A stretch of 64,000 bases of DNA from Eledone cirrhosa. Lineage: Eukaryota. Below, piece after piece: positions 53,664 through 64,000 of the stretch. The DNA lies in NCBI GenBank assembly GCA_964016885.1, contig OZ024743.1, forward strand, positions 162,626,001 to 162,690,000. The letters are read 5' to 3'. The translations under genes were made by a program, and so were the position numbers. Under the pieces are notes generated by a model. That model had not been told where the DNA came from. It did no database searches and saw only the letters and a list, made by a program, of their open reading frames with translations. Position 1 is the stretch's first letter. Every line of letters starts with the position of its first letter.

Positions 53664-53729
53664 TATTTTATTCTATATATTTCAAGGGCAACCAAGGCAA
53701 ATTATGGTGCACTTTCATCAGATAAAATA
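53664..53729 (-). ncRNA. Type I hammerhead motif (same family as ~6335 and ~50560)
   Basis: Minus strand: tattttat-CTGATGA-aagtgcacc...ggttgccctt-GAAA-tata-TA-gaataaaata. Confidence 0.65.
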
Positions 53730-53863
53730 CAGATTTGTTTTATAAATAAATATTGACATACCCGGAAAAAAGACAACCTTAACGGTTGGAGCTTCCTGAT
53801 AGCTTTATATCAGTTATAAAAATGTTTAAGCTTGTTGAATCCCAACAAATTAAATATAACCTC

Positions 53864-53918
<55 letters not shown>

Positions 53919-54505
53919 GGATACTATTTATAGTTATGTGTATTTTAAACTATAAACAGAGAAGGTCAGTAATTTATTACTACCTTATTACCAGTAAGAT
54001 AAACAGCTCAATGTAAGATCATCAGTTGTTCAACAGAGCAGTTATATAAAATTCACAAGAATCAAAGCTATGTTCAAAACATTTATTATCTTACAATTGT
54101 TTCTTCCGAACCTAGGCTTGGAGTCTTCGGAGCAATTTTTAATGTTTGTACATACAATTGACCTCCTACTCAACTCAAGAGACGTACAGATACATATATA
54201 TATTGATGTACAGTGTGGAGCGACATATATTATACTATACTATATTTGTATAGTAACTCAAATTAAAATCAAAATTAAAATACATGCGACAGATAACACA
54301 GATAATGCAGGAGAATAGTTCAATAATCAGATCTAGTAGACAGTGTATGCGTTAGTCATACATGGAGCATGCAAATGTGTCTCATTTATATTGTATGGCA
54401 AGGTATTACATGTAATACAAGCACTTTATATATATATATATATATACATTTCGTTTCTGAATTTGTTTAGCAAGATTCTTTATCTGAAAACGTGTGTTGA
54501 AACCG

Positions 54506-55755
54506 TTGGTGTTAGCATTGCAGGCGACATAGCTAACTTATTCATGGGATGGTGGGACAGTAGACTTAAACTTAAACTTAAAGAACAATTAGAAGACTCC
54601 TTAACCCTGATAATGTACTCCCGCTACGTTGATGATATAAACATTGTAGTTAAAACACCCCCACTAGAGAACAGTCAGGAATTAGAGAAAAACACAATGG
54701 AAAGCATCCAGCAAATAGCTAACTCTATCCACCAGAGTATTAGAGTTACTATAGACTACCCAAGCAAACACCCCAACCATCGATTACCTGTACTAGACAC
54801 AGAGCTCTGGTTAGAAACCATTAATAACAAAAAACAAATCCTCCATTCCCATTATGCCAAACCCATGACTTCCAAATATCTGATCCACCGAAACTCAGCT
54901 GTTTCGGATCACACCAAAATCAACATACTGATTGCGGATTTAGTACGGGTGATGAGAAATGTGTCCCGCATGTGCAACTCCAAAGAACTAGAGAGATACA
55001 TACAACACTTCATCCACCGTATGCAGTTCTCTGGTTACAATCAGAGAGATAAAATCAGAGTGTATAGAGGAGCCAGAATCAAATGGGAAAAAATGGTAAA
55101 TAATGACACAAATGGAACCTGCCCCTTGTATAGGAGCAAATTTTGGAATAGAATAGAAAGAACTAGGAATAAGACTAATAGAATAAACTCATGGTATGAT
55201 AGCAATAAATACCAGAGTGTAATGTTCATCGATACAACCCCTAGAGGTGAATTAGCTTACAAATTTAGAAGGGCCCTAGATAAACATAGACTCAATATTA
55301 AGATAGTAGAAAGACCAGGTACCTCCATAAAAACATTTATTAGCAAGACATACCCTTTTCAAAGACCCCCCTGTATAGATAAGAAATGTATAACCTGTAA
55401 ATTAAGCCCCCATATTAACTGTAAAACTAGAAATGTAGTATATAGCATAAGATGTACTGAAGGACAATGTAGAGACAAAAATATAATGTACATAGGTGAG
55501 ACAGCTCGTAGTGTAGGGGAACGGATAAATGAACACTGGCGAGACCTTCAAGATAGTAAAGAATCATCTGTACTCTACCAACATGCTAAAATAGAACATA
55601 AGGGTAAATTAGAGAACATAGAAATAAAAATAGAATCTACACACAGAAAAGATGCAATGTTTAGACAAATCACAGAGGCAATAAACATAAAAGAATTACA
55701 ACCAAAATTAAATAGAAAATATGAGTGGAACAGCAACATCACAACTTACAATTAA
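54506..55755 (+). CDS. PLE RT C-terminal half plus Cys-rich linker and GIY-YIG endonuclease (uninterrupted frame, ~415 aa, 5'-truncated)
   Basis: GVSIAGDIANLFM, YSRYVDDI, LPVLDT, PCIDKKCITC, NVVYSIRC...YIGETARSVGERINEH, RQITEAINI...PKLN. Confidence 0.9.
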
Positions 55756-55933
55756 GGACAAAATGAAAACACACGTACATAGAACAAACAACCAACCTGT
55801 AACATGTAAATAAACAAATAAATAAACGAATATAAACACACACAGACACCCGGATGTGGCGCATGTGCAGACTGAGCTCACAACACACACAGAAACAAGA
55901 TGGCGTAGGACAGAACAAAGAAAAGAATCCCCA

Positions 55934-55976
55934 GTCACTGAAGAGGTCACAGAATGTGTGACGAAAGAACTTTGAC
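55934..55976 (+). ncRNA. Minimal type I hammerhead in the PLE 3' UTR
   Basis: gtca-CTGAAGA-g-gtcac agaatgt gtgac-GAAA-gaac-TT-tgac. The copy at ~23409-23451 (-) has a mutated core (GTGAGGA). Confidence 0.78.
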
Positions 55977-56612
55977 AATATATAAACAACCATCTGGTTG
56001 TGGAACCAACCAACCAACCGGAAATTTATAAATTCCTAAATTTATAAATTTATTATAATAAATTGAAGTGAAGCAACTGGTGCGTGTATTTCTTATTGGC
56101 AACATGACCCTCCCAAAGTATAACAATATACATATATATATATATAATATATATATGTATAATATATATATACATATAATATATATATACATATATAATA
56201 TATGTGTGCGTGCGTGCGTGCTATGTTCTTAATCTTAATAACAATATACTGTACCTAATATTGTACCTAAATAAAATCTTGAATAAATAATGCTCTGCAA
56301 AATACGGCTTTTAGCCTGTATAAAGCATATCTGAGCTGATTTATGGTATACGATTGAAATAAAATTTATTTTAATCGACTTTTATATATATATAAATCGA
56401 AAATGCAACTGGAGTCCTTTTAAGAATATTTATTTGTTTCCCTTTGAAACCGGTAAAAGAAACAAATAAATATTCTTCAAAATGGCTCCAGTTTCATTTT
56501 CGATTTCTTTTCCGACCGGACTAGAAACTGCTAAATGTTTGGCCGCCTTCTTGTCTCTCTGCCTTTTCAGCCCCATGGATTGTGTCTATTATATTCCTTT
56601 GTTAAATTTCGA

Positions 56613-56670
56613 ATACCTGATGATGTCACCGGATTCATACTGAACCCGGTCATTGAAATGTTCATAGTGT
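56613..56670 (+). ncRNA. Type I hammerhead motif
   Basis: atac-CTGATGA-tgtc accgg a ttca tac tgaa c ccggt catt-GAAA-tgttca-TA-gtgt. Confidence 0.65.
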
Positions 56671-56861
56671 AATAAACCTTTAAGGAATTACACCAGTCCA
56701 GCCTCCTGTTATTTTATAATAATTAACTCCGTACTCGCACCACCAACAACACAAACGAAGACGGGTGATTAGCATTACGTCGAGTGCTCTCCCTAATATT
56801 ACATCAAGATTGACTATACGGAATGACCAGTTCTATCCGGTGATGAACCAACAAACCTAAA

Positions 56862-56902
<41 letters not shown>

Positions 56903-56939
56903 CGTTTTTTTAATTTGACCCTATATATTATTATTATTA

Positions 56940-57055
56940 ACTTTGCCTTTCATCCTTACGGGGTCGATAAAATAAAGTATCAGTAATACACTGGGTAATT
57001 GCTGGCCTTGTGCCAAAAGTAGAAACAATTATTATTATTATTATTATTATTATTA
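56940..57055 (+). mobile_element. 5'-truncated SINE family 1 with (ATT)n tail
   Basis: Matches the 3' half of 18047-18226. Confidence 0.85.
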
Positions 57056-57709
57056 TAAAATCAACATGATCGTAATTTATACCTTGTCATTAAATAATAT
57101 GCATTATTCAGAAAGTTGAAAGAAAACAATATCACACCGTAAACAATGATAAATGAAAAAATTACCTGAGAGAGAAGTGGTCGTACTACACGTGACGGTA
57201 ATTTCTAATAAATGCTTGGAGTTATTATCGGTTGTTGATCGTTTGTTGGCACAGGCACACCGGCTTGGACTTAAGTGCAGAAAACAAAGTGTGCGTGCGT
57301 AGCAACTGCGGCCTGCATTTATCATGATAAATTACTTCAGTCAAAACTGCCTAAGCCGGTGAGGTGGCAAACTGTAGACAGGAAAGTAAACAATTCCTAT
57401 TTATCTCTAAGTCGGCTCTGAGAGTCATCATTAAAGGCGTTCCAGCTGTAATCGTCTTATATTATTTTCAGACGTTATGTATTGTCCTTTTCTTTTTTTT
57501 AATAAAAATACGATAGGTTGTGATTTAAGGGAAATGGTGGTGTTTTTAACAGATTGGTCACGTAAAGATTGTTGCTTAGCACATAGGTCTGTTCGATCAA
57601 GTAGACCTATGTTCAAAGGCATCCAATCGGTAAATTGCTTGGTTTAATTAAACAATAAAAAAATATAAATTGGTTTACTATAAATTGGTTTACTATAAAG
57701 ATAGTGAGG

Positions 57710-58384
57710 AAGAGATCATAAGAAGCGACATATGTTGGACAACAATAAGGGAGATAACTTGGAAGGAAGGTGGGGTAAAATTTAATAAAAAGGAAGATAA
57801 CTCGGACACGATTATATAAATATAAACGATGACAGCCCTACCCTTTGTCCTTGGGTAGAGGGTAGGTATCTCATCTGGGACGTCACAGTCAGTGACTCTT
57901 TTGCTCCCTCCCACATCATAGACGGCCAGGTAAAAATAAGTTAAAAACTGCCTGTCCCTCCTGATTAAATGAGGGCGGCGAGGCAATCTTCACGGTGGAC
58001 TCAGCTGATAGCCGGATCCGCCCTACATGCGACAGCAGATGTTCAACATAAACCCACAAGTCATCTATGCTCGGATACTGGGCGAGTGCATGCAGGACGG
58101 TCTCGTCGCCCGACGCGCATCTCGAACAAGCCCGGCTGACTGCACTCCCATGCCTGTAAAGTTTATCTTTACATGCCCGGTAACATTGCCAAGCCAAGGA
58201 CTTCTGAGAGTTATCAATTGGCCCTGGACCGAAAGTCCTCCCGAAGAGAATAGCTAGTTGACTTTCGTCGACACCCAGAGTTTCTTCTAGGACGTCGTTG
58301 CTCTTGCTGTCCACAAACCTTCTGTAGAACGCCAAGGTAGGGTTTCCACTGATCGCATCGCCTGACTGGTTGAGGGCTGTGAGC
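57710..58384 (-). mobile_element. Tx1/L1-clade LINE 3' fragment
   Basis: ORF 57916..58386 has a zf-RVT-like RACSRCASGDETVLHAL; paralogous to 59000-59500. Confidence 0.8.
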
Positions 58385-58393
58385 AATAATAAT

Positions 58394-58567
58394 TGTTTCT
58401 ACTTTTGGCACAAGGCCAGTACATTCCTGATACTTTATTTTATCGACCCCGTAAGGATGAAAGGTAAAGTTAACCTCGGCGGGATTTGAACTCAGTCCGT
58501 AAAGGGACGTAACTGTGCTGCAAAGCATGTCGTCCGACCCTCTACTGATACTGCCAATCTATTGCCC
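58394..58567 (-). mobile_element. SINE family 1 with TSD ctgtgagcaataataat
   Basis: The duplicated 17-mer lies at ~58377-58393 and ~58568-58584. Confidence 0.88.
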
Positions 58568-58584
58568 CTGTGAGCAATAATAAT

Positions 58585-61500
58585 AATTATTTCTTTATTA
58601 ACCACAAAGGGTCCACATCAAGAAGAAACATTATAACAGCACAGGATAAAAACATAGAGTGTGAGTATGTGGGGAGGGGGGGGGGTGCGTGTAAACAAAG
58701 TTTAACAATGTTAAAAAAAAGATAATAATAAAATTAAAACAAAGAAGGTTCCTCAATAGGGAGGAGACATTCAAGGGTCATTCGTGGAAAAAAAACCCAT
58801 AAAACCACGGATGCTCTGATCTTTAGGATAAGTGCTCTGTCCCAGTTGTACTCCTCCAATCTACAGGCTCACACTCAGAGTGAGCCTATTCACTCGGGCC
58901 ATGCTCGCTTCTCTCACCCACCTTTCAACAAATTGTTTTGAAGGCAGCACTTCTCTCCCCCCCCCCCTTATTTTCCTCCTCAAGTGGAATCTGAAGAAGT
59001 TAATCAGGGCTTCTCCAAAGAGAGAAATGCTTGTCTTCAAACATTTCAAGCGTGTCCACTATACAACCTCTTTCGCCATGGCCACAAGACATAAAAATGG
59101 CCTGCCCTTCTTGACTAAAAGAAGGCAACGGGACAATCTTCACAATGGACTTGGTTGATAACCGAATTTGTCCTACACGTGACAGCAGGTGTTCGACATA
59201 AACCCACAAGTCAGCAATGCTCTGACACTGGACGATTGCGTGCAGGACACTTTCGTCGTCCTGCGTGCATCTCGGACAGGCCCGGCTGACAACACTTCCA
59301 TGTCTGTATAGTTTATCTCGAACTGGCAAAGCTCCTCGGTAGCACTGCCATGCCAGGGACCGAATGTCCTTCCGAAAAGAGTGGCTTGTTGATTTTCGTC
59401 GATGTCTAGAGTTTCCCTGAGAACGTCGTCGCTTTTATCTGCCACTAACCCTCTATAGAACGTTATGGTGGTGTCTCTACCGATCATATTGTCCGATTGT
59501 TGAAGGGTTGTAAGCGCCTGGAGACATTCCAATTTCAAAGCTCTCTCCCTCGGTCCCCGCTTGACCCAGAACTGTAGCTCCGTTAATGATACGAGCTGGT
59601 GCAATATGCATCTGGTGAACGGCGACCACACCTGTTCACCGTTAAGGGAGAGATAAAGATGTAGCCTCAGCGCATGTCTGCGGATCATTAACCACGGCAT
59701 TCCCAGTCCTCCACGCTGGGGCTGTTGACAGCAGATGGACCGCCGGACCACCGGTACGCGTCCTTTCCACAAGAATTGGAAGAGCAAACGCTCTAGTGCA
59801 GTCAGACGGGGTTTGGGACAAGGCACGTCCGTTAAGCGGTAGGAGATGACGGACGCGATGAATGTGTTCGCCACCTCTGTCCATTTCTGGGTGAGATTGG
59901 CTATTCTGTTCGTCACCTCATCCCAATTTCTGTTCATCTGGAGGTCAGGACCAAACCAGACCCCAAGTAATTTAAACGGCCCGTCCGTCTAGCGCCCACG
60001 TGGAGGGGAAAGTCCATGCCTGTTAATGGCATGGACTTGCCCCTCCATGTGGGGAGTTGCAGGCCCACGGACTTTTCCTGATTGGTTTTCGCTCCTGTCA
60101 GCGCTTTGTATTCCTTCAGAGCAGTGCCGATCACCTTAATGCGTTTGGTGTTCGACAATACGACTGTGACGTCGTCGGCATAAGCCGACACAGATCTTCC
60201 TTGTCCTAGTTCACGCGGGGTGCCTCTCAACATCTCTAATTTGTGTAGTAGTGGCTCGAGACTCAATACATACAACAAGGACGAGAGGGGACAGCCCTGG
60301 CGGACTGAACGCATGATGTTGAACGGTTTCGAGAGGTGACCGTTCAATCTGACCACAGAGCAGATGTCACTATAATGCATAGCAGCTATCAATCCTCTGA
60401 AAACTGATCCAAAGCTTGCTGCTTTGAGGACCGCCGCCAGGTACCGATGGTCGACCCTATCAAATGCTTTGGATTGATTCAAGTGAATCAGTGCGCCACC
60501 CATGCAAACTTCTTTAGCCACCCTCTCTATGATATATCGCATGAGGTGGAGGTTGGTGTGGATGGATCTCTTGGAAATAGCACATGTCTGTGCCTCCTCT
60601 ACCAGACCAAGGACAAGCGCCAACCTCGTTGCTAACACCGTGGCCAAAATTTTGAACCCTGCATTTAGCAGAGTTATGGGCCTAAAATTATTTATATTGT
60701 CCCCCTTGTTCAGGTCTTTTTCTCAGCAGTACCCCCACTCTACGGCTCACAGAACTGGTGATTCTCCCATTCTGCTACCAGTTGCAGTACACGCCTGACA
60801 AGAGATCACAAAACAAGTCTGGCATATAAACATAAAGCTCGTGGGGAAGACCATCTAATCCAGGTGATTTGCTCCTCATGCAGTCAGCTAATGCATCCTG
60901 TATCTCAACGGCTGTTATTGGCTATTCGCAACACTCCGCCTTCGTCACCGACAGCTGCGGCAGGCCGCCGAGATAGGTTGTGAAGTCCATCTCGCAATCC
61001 GGCCCGCCACCGCTCCCGGACAGTTGGGCAAAGTGTTGCTGAAAAGTCGCACACATCTGCTTGGGATCGAGTATCATGCGCCCCTCGTAGTGTTCCAGAG
61101 ATCGAATTGTAGCTTTGTTGCCAGGGTGCGCTTCTGCCACATGGGCCCATTGAACGGCTTTCATCCCCTCATGTCTAAGAGCACGCGCCTTAGCTCTGAC
61201 CACGCAGCCTTCGTGCTTAGCATTGAAGAATTGGTCTAGGGCCAATCTCGCCGCAAGAACGTCTTTGTTAATTGCCTCTTCTAGCTTTTTCACTAGTTCC
61301 TTCTCTACTCTAGTTTTCTTTATTGCTACAGCTTTTTCTAAATATCATTGATTCTACTTTAATTGCTCTTTTCAGCGCATACCACCACTTGTCAACGCCC
61401 GCTAACTAATTCACTAATCCAGTCTCTGTAGGCTTTGCGCATTGAGAATGAGGCGTTTAGCTTCCAGTAACCGGGTCCTTGCCTATCTAAATCTATTACA

Positions 61501-62300
61501 CATGTCACAAATTTGTGGTCTGTGTATTCAACTGTTTGAAATTGTGGACAGCTTATGCTATCTCTGTTTACTTCCCTACAGAATACCCTATCTAGATAGG
61601 ATCTGGATGACCCGATGCGGTTTGTCTATGTTCTCATTGGCGCATTCGGAAAATCCAGTCAGTACCTGCCAGACAGTTGGAAGTGTCTGAGCAGAATTGC
61701 GAGGTTTTTACATCCTCCTCCCCTATCCGTTAGTCCTACACAATCTCAGCGTGCATCTAAGATACCGTTCCAGTCGCCCACTAAGACTAAAAAGCGAGAC
61801 GTTCTCAGAAAGGTTTCCAGAAGTCGGAAAAAATCAGTTCGTCCTGCCCCTGTTGAAGCATAGACAGCCATTAACCTGAAGGCGTGCCCTTCTCCGCTGG
61901 TCACGTCCAACACCACCAATTTACCCTCCGGGTTCAGGAGATGGTCCGTATTGTGAGATCCATACCTTTCCGGAATAACACGGCAACTCCGCCTCCAGTT
62001 CCTGGACGGCTTGGAGATGCGTACACCTCGTAGCCACCGAAAATGAGTGCGAAGGTTCGTGCGTCGGAAACTCTGGTCTCGCTAATGGCCAACACATCTA
62101 TGTCCAGTGACCTGAGGTCCTTGTGCAGGTGCCCCTATTTCCAGGACGACCCCAAGCCCCGTGCATTCACACTGCCTGTTTTGAGTGAGGCCATGATTGA
62201 TTTAGAGGAGGAGAAAATGGGAAAGGCCACTTACCTTAGATATTGAGGAGGAAGGACAATAGTTCCATCCTTGCGGGGGGGGGGGGGGCTTAAAAGCCGA
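58585..62300 (-). mobile_element. Tx1/L1-clade LINE, nearly complete ORF2 (58861-62194), inactivated
   Basis: EN start MASLKTGSVNARGLG...LAISETR. RT motifs QSKAFDRVDH, SVRQGCPLS, SAYADDV. C-terminal CPRC..DESVLHAIVQC. Many frameshifts. Confidence 0.9.
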
Positions 62301-63035
62301 AATATCTGTGTAAATTCGTTTGGAGATTGTTCCCCTGAAGTCTTCAATCGAATCTGGGTATGTTGTTTTTAAATGTGAGAGTGTTTTCTGTGTTATTTTT
62401 ATTATTTGTATCTTTTGGGGTAGTGCTATTTTCCCTGGTTCTGTAAAATCGTTTTGTGTGATTGTGGTGTTGTGTTCTATGTAATTTAAAGGGGTTTTAG
62501 TCTTAGGTCAGCCTTGGTTGAGCAAACCTGTGTTCAAAAGCGTTCCAACTGTGGCCACCTCGTCTTTTTCATATAGTGTATCTAAGATTTCTGATGCGTG
62601 TTTCATTTTTTAAATATGGAGTGTGATTTTAGGGATAATTAGCTGATATTTTTACTTGGTCGACAAGATCCTTCGTTGATTCAGCAGAATGTTGGTGGTT
62701 AAGTTAAATTTAACATATTTAATGCACAGAGCATGAGTGTAGCGAGAGAATTTTTTTTAATTAACGTAAGAGTTATTTCCCATAGTTTGTTACGATTTTT
62801 AAGTTGTCGACTCTCCAGCTAAAACTAGTTGTTGAGCCAAAAGCTAACGAGAAAACTTTTACATGATCGTTCGATCTGCTAGAAATGGCAATCAAATTTC
62901 CCATCTTACTGTCTTGAATAAGGGAAGAATACATTAAATTATATAATTCTAAATACACCATACATTGGTGCAACCATTTGATCATACATCTCGATTAGAT
63001 TTAACAAGTGAATAAACAAGTAGTCAAGCCACTAA

Positions 63036-63944
63036 GGGGCGACGTCCATACTCAAATTGCCACGCAAAACGTCAAAATGACGTTTTGGGAGGGTGGGTTG
63101 GTTTTGAGAAAAGATTGTGACGTTTTGCGTATAATTGGAAAGTGTGTGTAAATCCTATTATTTCAATTCAAAAAGGGCAAAAGCACGCCATATTTCTGTT
63201 TTTCACCGTCGACAGAATAAATCACAAGAAGTAGAAAAGTTCACATGCGATGTAAATGGGTGTGGTAAGTTGTTTTCAAGTCTTTCAAGCATGAATCGCC
63301 ACAAAAAAAGAAGGACACACTGCCAGGAAATCAAAATCCTTAGAAGGTGCGAACAACAATGGCAAACAAAAACACAGAAAAACAAAAAAGTAGCATACCA
63401 GTTAACAAACCATCAAAACGACAAAGATCATTGCATGAAATGTTAAGACATATGAAAGAACGAGATGATCAGGAAAGTGATGACAGTGCAGAGGAATCGT
63501 GTGAGGCACTAAAATGTAGAATCAATGATGAAGGCAACAACAAAATTGATTGGCTGCAATGTGACCTTTGTGATCGGGGGTGGCATGCTCTTTGTGCCAA
63601 CATTGAAAACGCAAACATAATAGATGAATTTGTGTGAGTCGTGCAAGTAATTCCCATATAGAAAATATATTACGTACGGGAAAGCAGTGACGTAAGGGCT
63701 TAAAAATTTATAAATATCGAATCAGACAAGAGTAACTTGGTCTTCTTGTTTCCAAAAGGTTTTGTCTACATGAGCTTTTTTCGACAAAAGAAGACTGATT
63801 AACATCCCTAATTTCTAACCCTAAGTCAATTGAGGGTTTTTATGAGTGTTTTTCATCTTGACGTTTTCGGTACTGGGTGGGTGGGTCACGTCCAAAACGT
63901 CATTTTGACGTTTTGCGTGGCGATTTGAGTATGGACGTCGCCCC
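63036..63944 (+). mobile_element. Non-autonomous TIR DNA transposon (TAA TSD; Zator- or PIF/Harbinger-like) retaining C2H2 and PHD coding remnants
   Basis: ~53-bp TIRs ggggcgacgtccatactcaaa...gacgttttgg, with TAA on both sides. ORFs 63135..63446 (C2H2) and 63347..63637 (PHD). Confidence 0.85.
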
Positions 63945-64000
63945 TAAGTGGGCGACCACCTTTGTCATCTGGCCTTATTTTATGTTCTCTGTAAATCTTC

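Larger units (their letters stand above)
54448..56128 (+). mobile_element. Penelope-like element, 5'-truncated, with a short inverted terminal piece, inside (TA)n
   Basis: 54448-54505 matches the start of the minus-strand copy at 23221, so it is an inverted 3' end. RT-EN ORF, 3' UTR and hammerhead follow. Confidence 0.92.

Noticed and set aside
54343-54505. N-terminal part of the 470-aa ORF
   Set aside because: Reads through (TA)n and the inverted terminal piece. PLE protein similarity starts at about 54506.

Overview
AT-rich, intron-containing animal DNA. The SINE and RTE repertoire suggests an octopus or other cephalopod; this is inferred, not shown. One host gene is supported: an SLC22-family organic cation/anion transporter on the - strand. 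It has four phase-consistent coding exons (30146-29817, 14665-14434, 9560-9371, 1853-1721; about 295 aa) and continues off the left edge. The rest is mostly decayed mobile DNA: several RTE LINE families (most with a PHD finger inside the RT), a Tx1/L1 LINE, a CRE-like 5' fragment, Penelope-like elements (PLEs), a non-autonomous LTR element, Gypsy and mariner remnants, Helitron pieces, a TIR DNA transposon, tRNA-derived SINEs, and mini/microsatellites. The most striking hidden signal is about 12 type I hammerhead ribozyme motifs from about 8 unrelated sequence families, mostly in PLE termini next to (TA)n tracts. They include a well-formed copy at 53300-53376, a U3:A8 covariant core in host-sense intron orientation, and three copies with an unusual U.U at the base of stem II. 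Large fold-back palindromes also lie inside the SLC22 introns. All calls were made by eye, without database searches or folding software.
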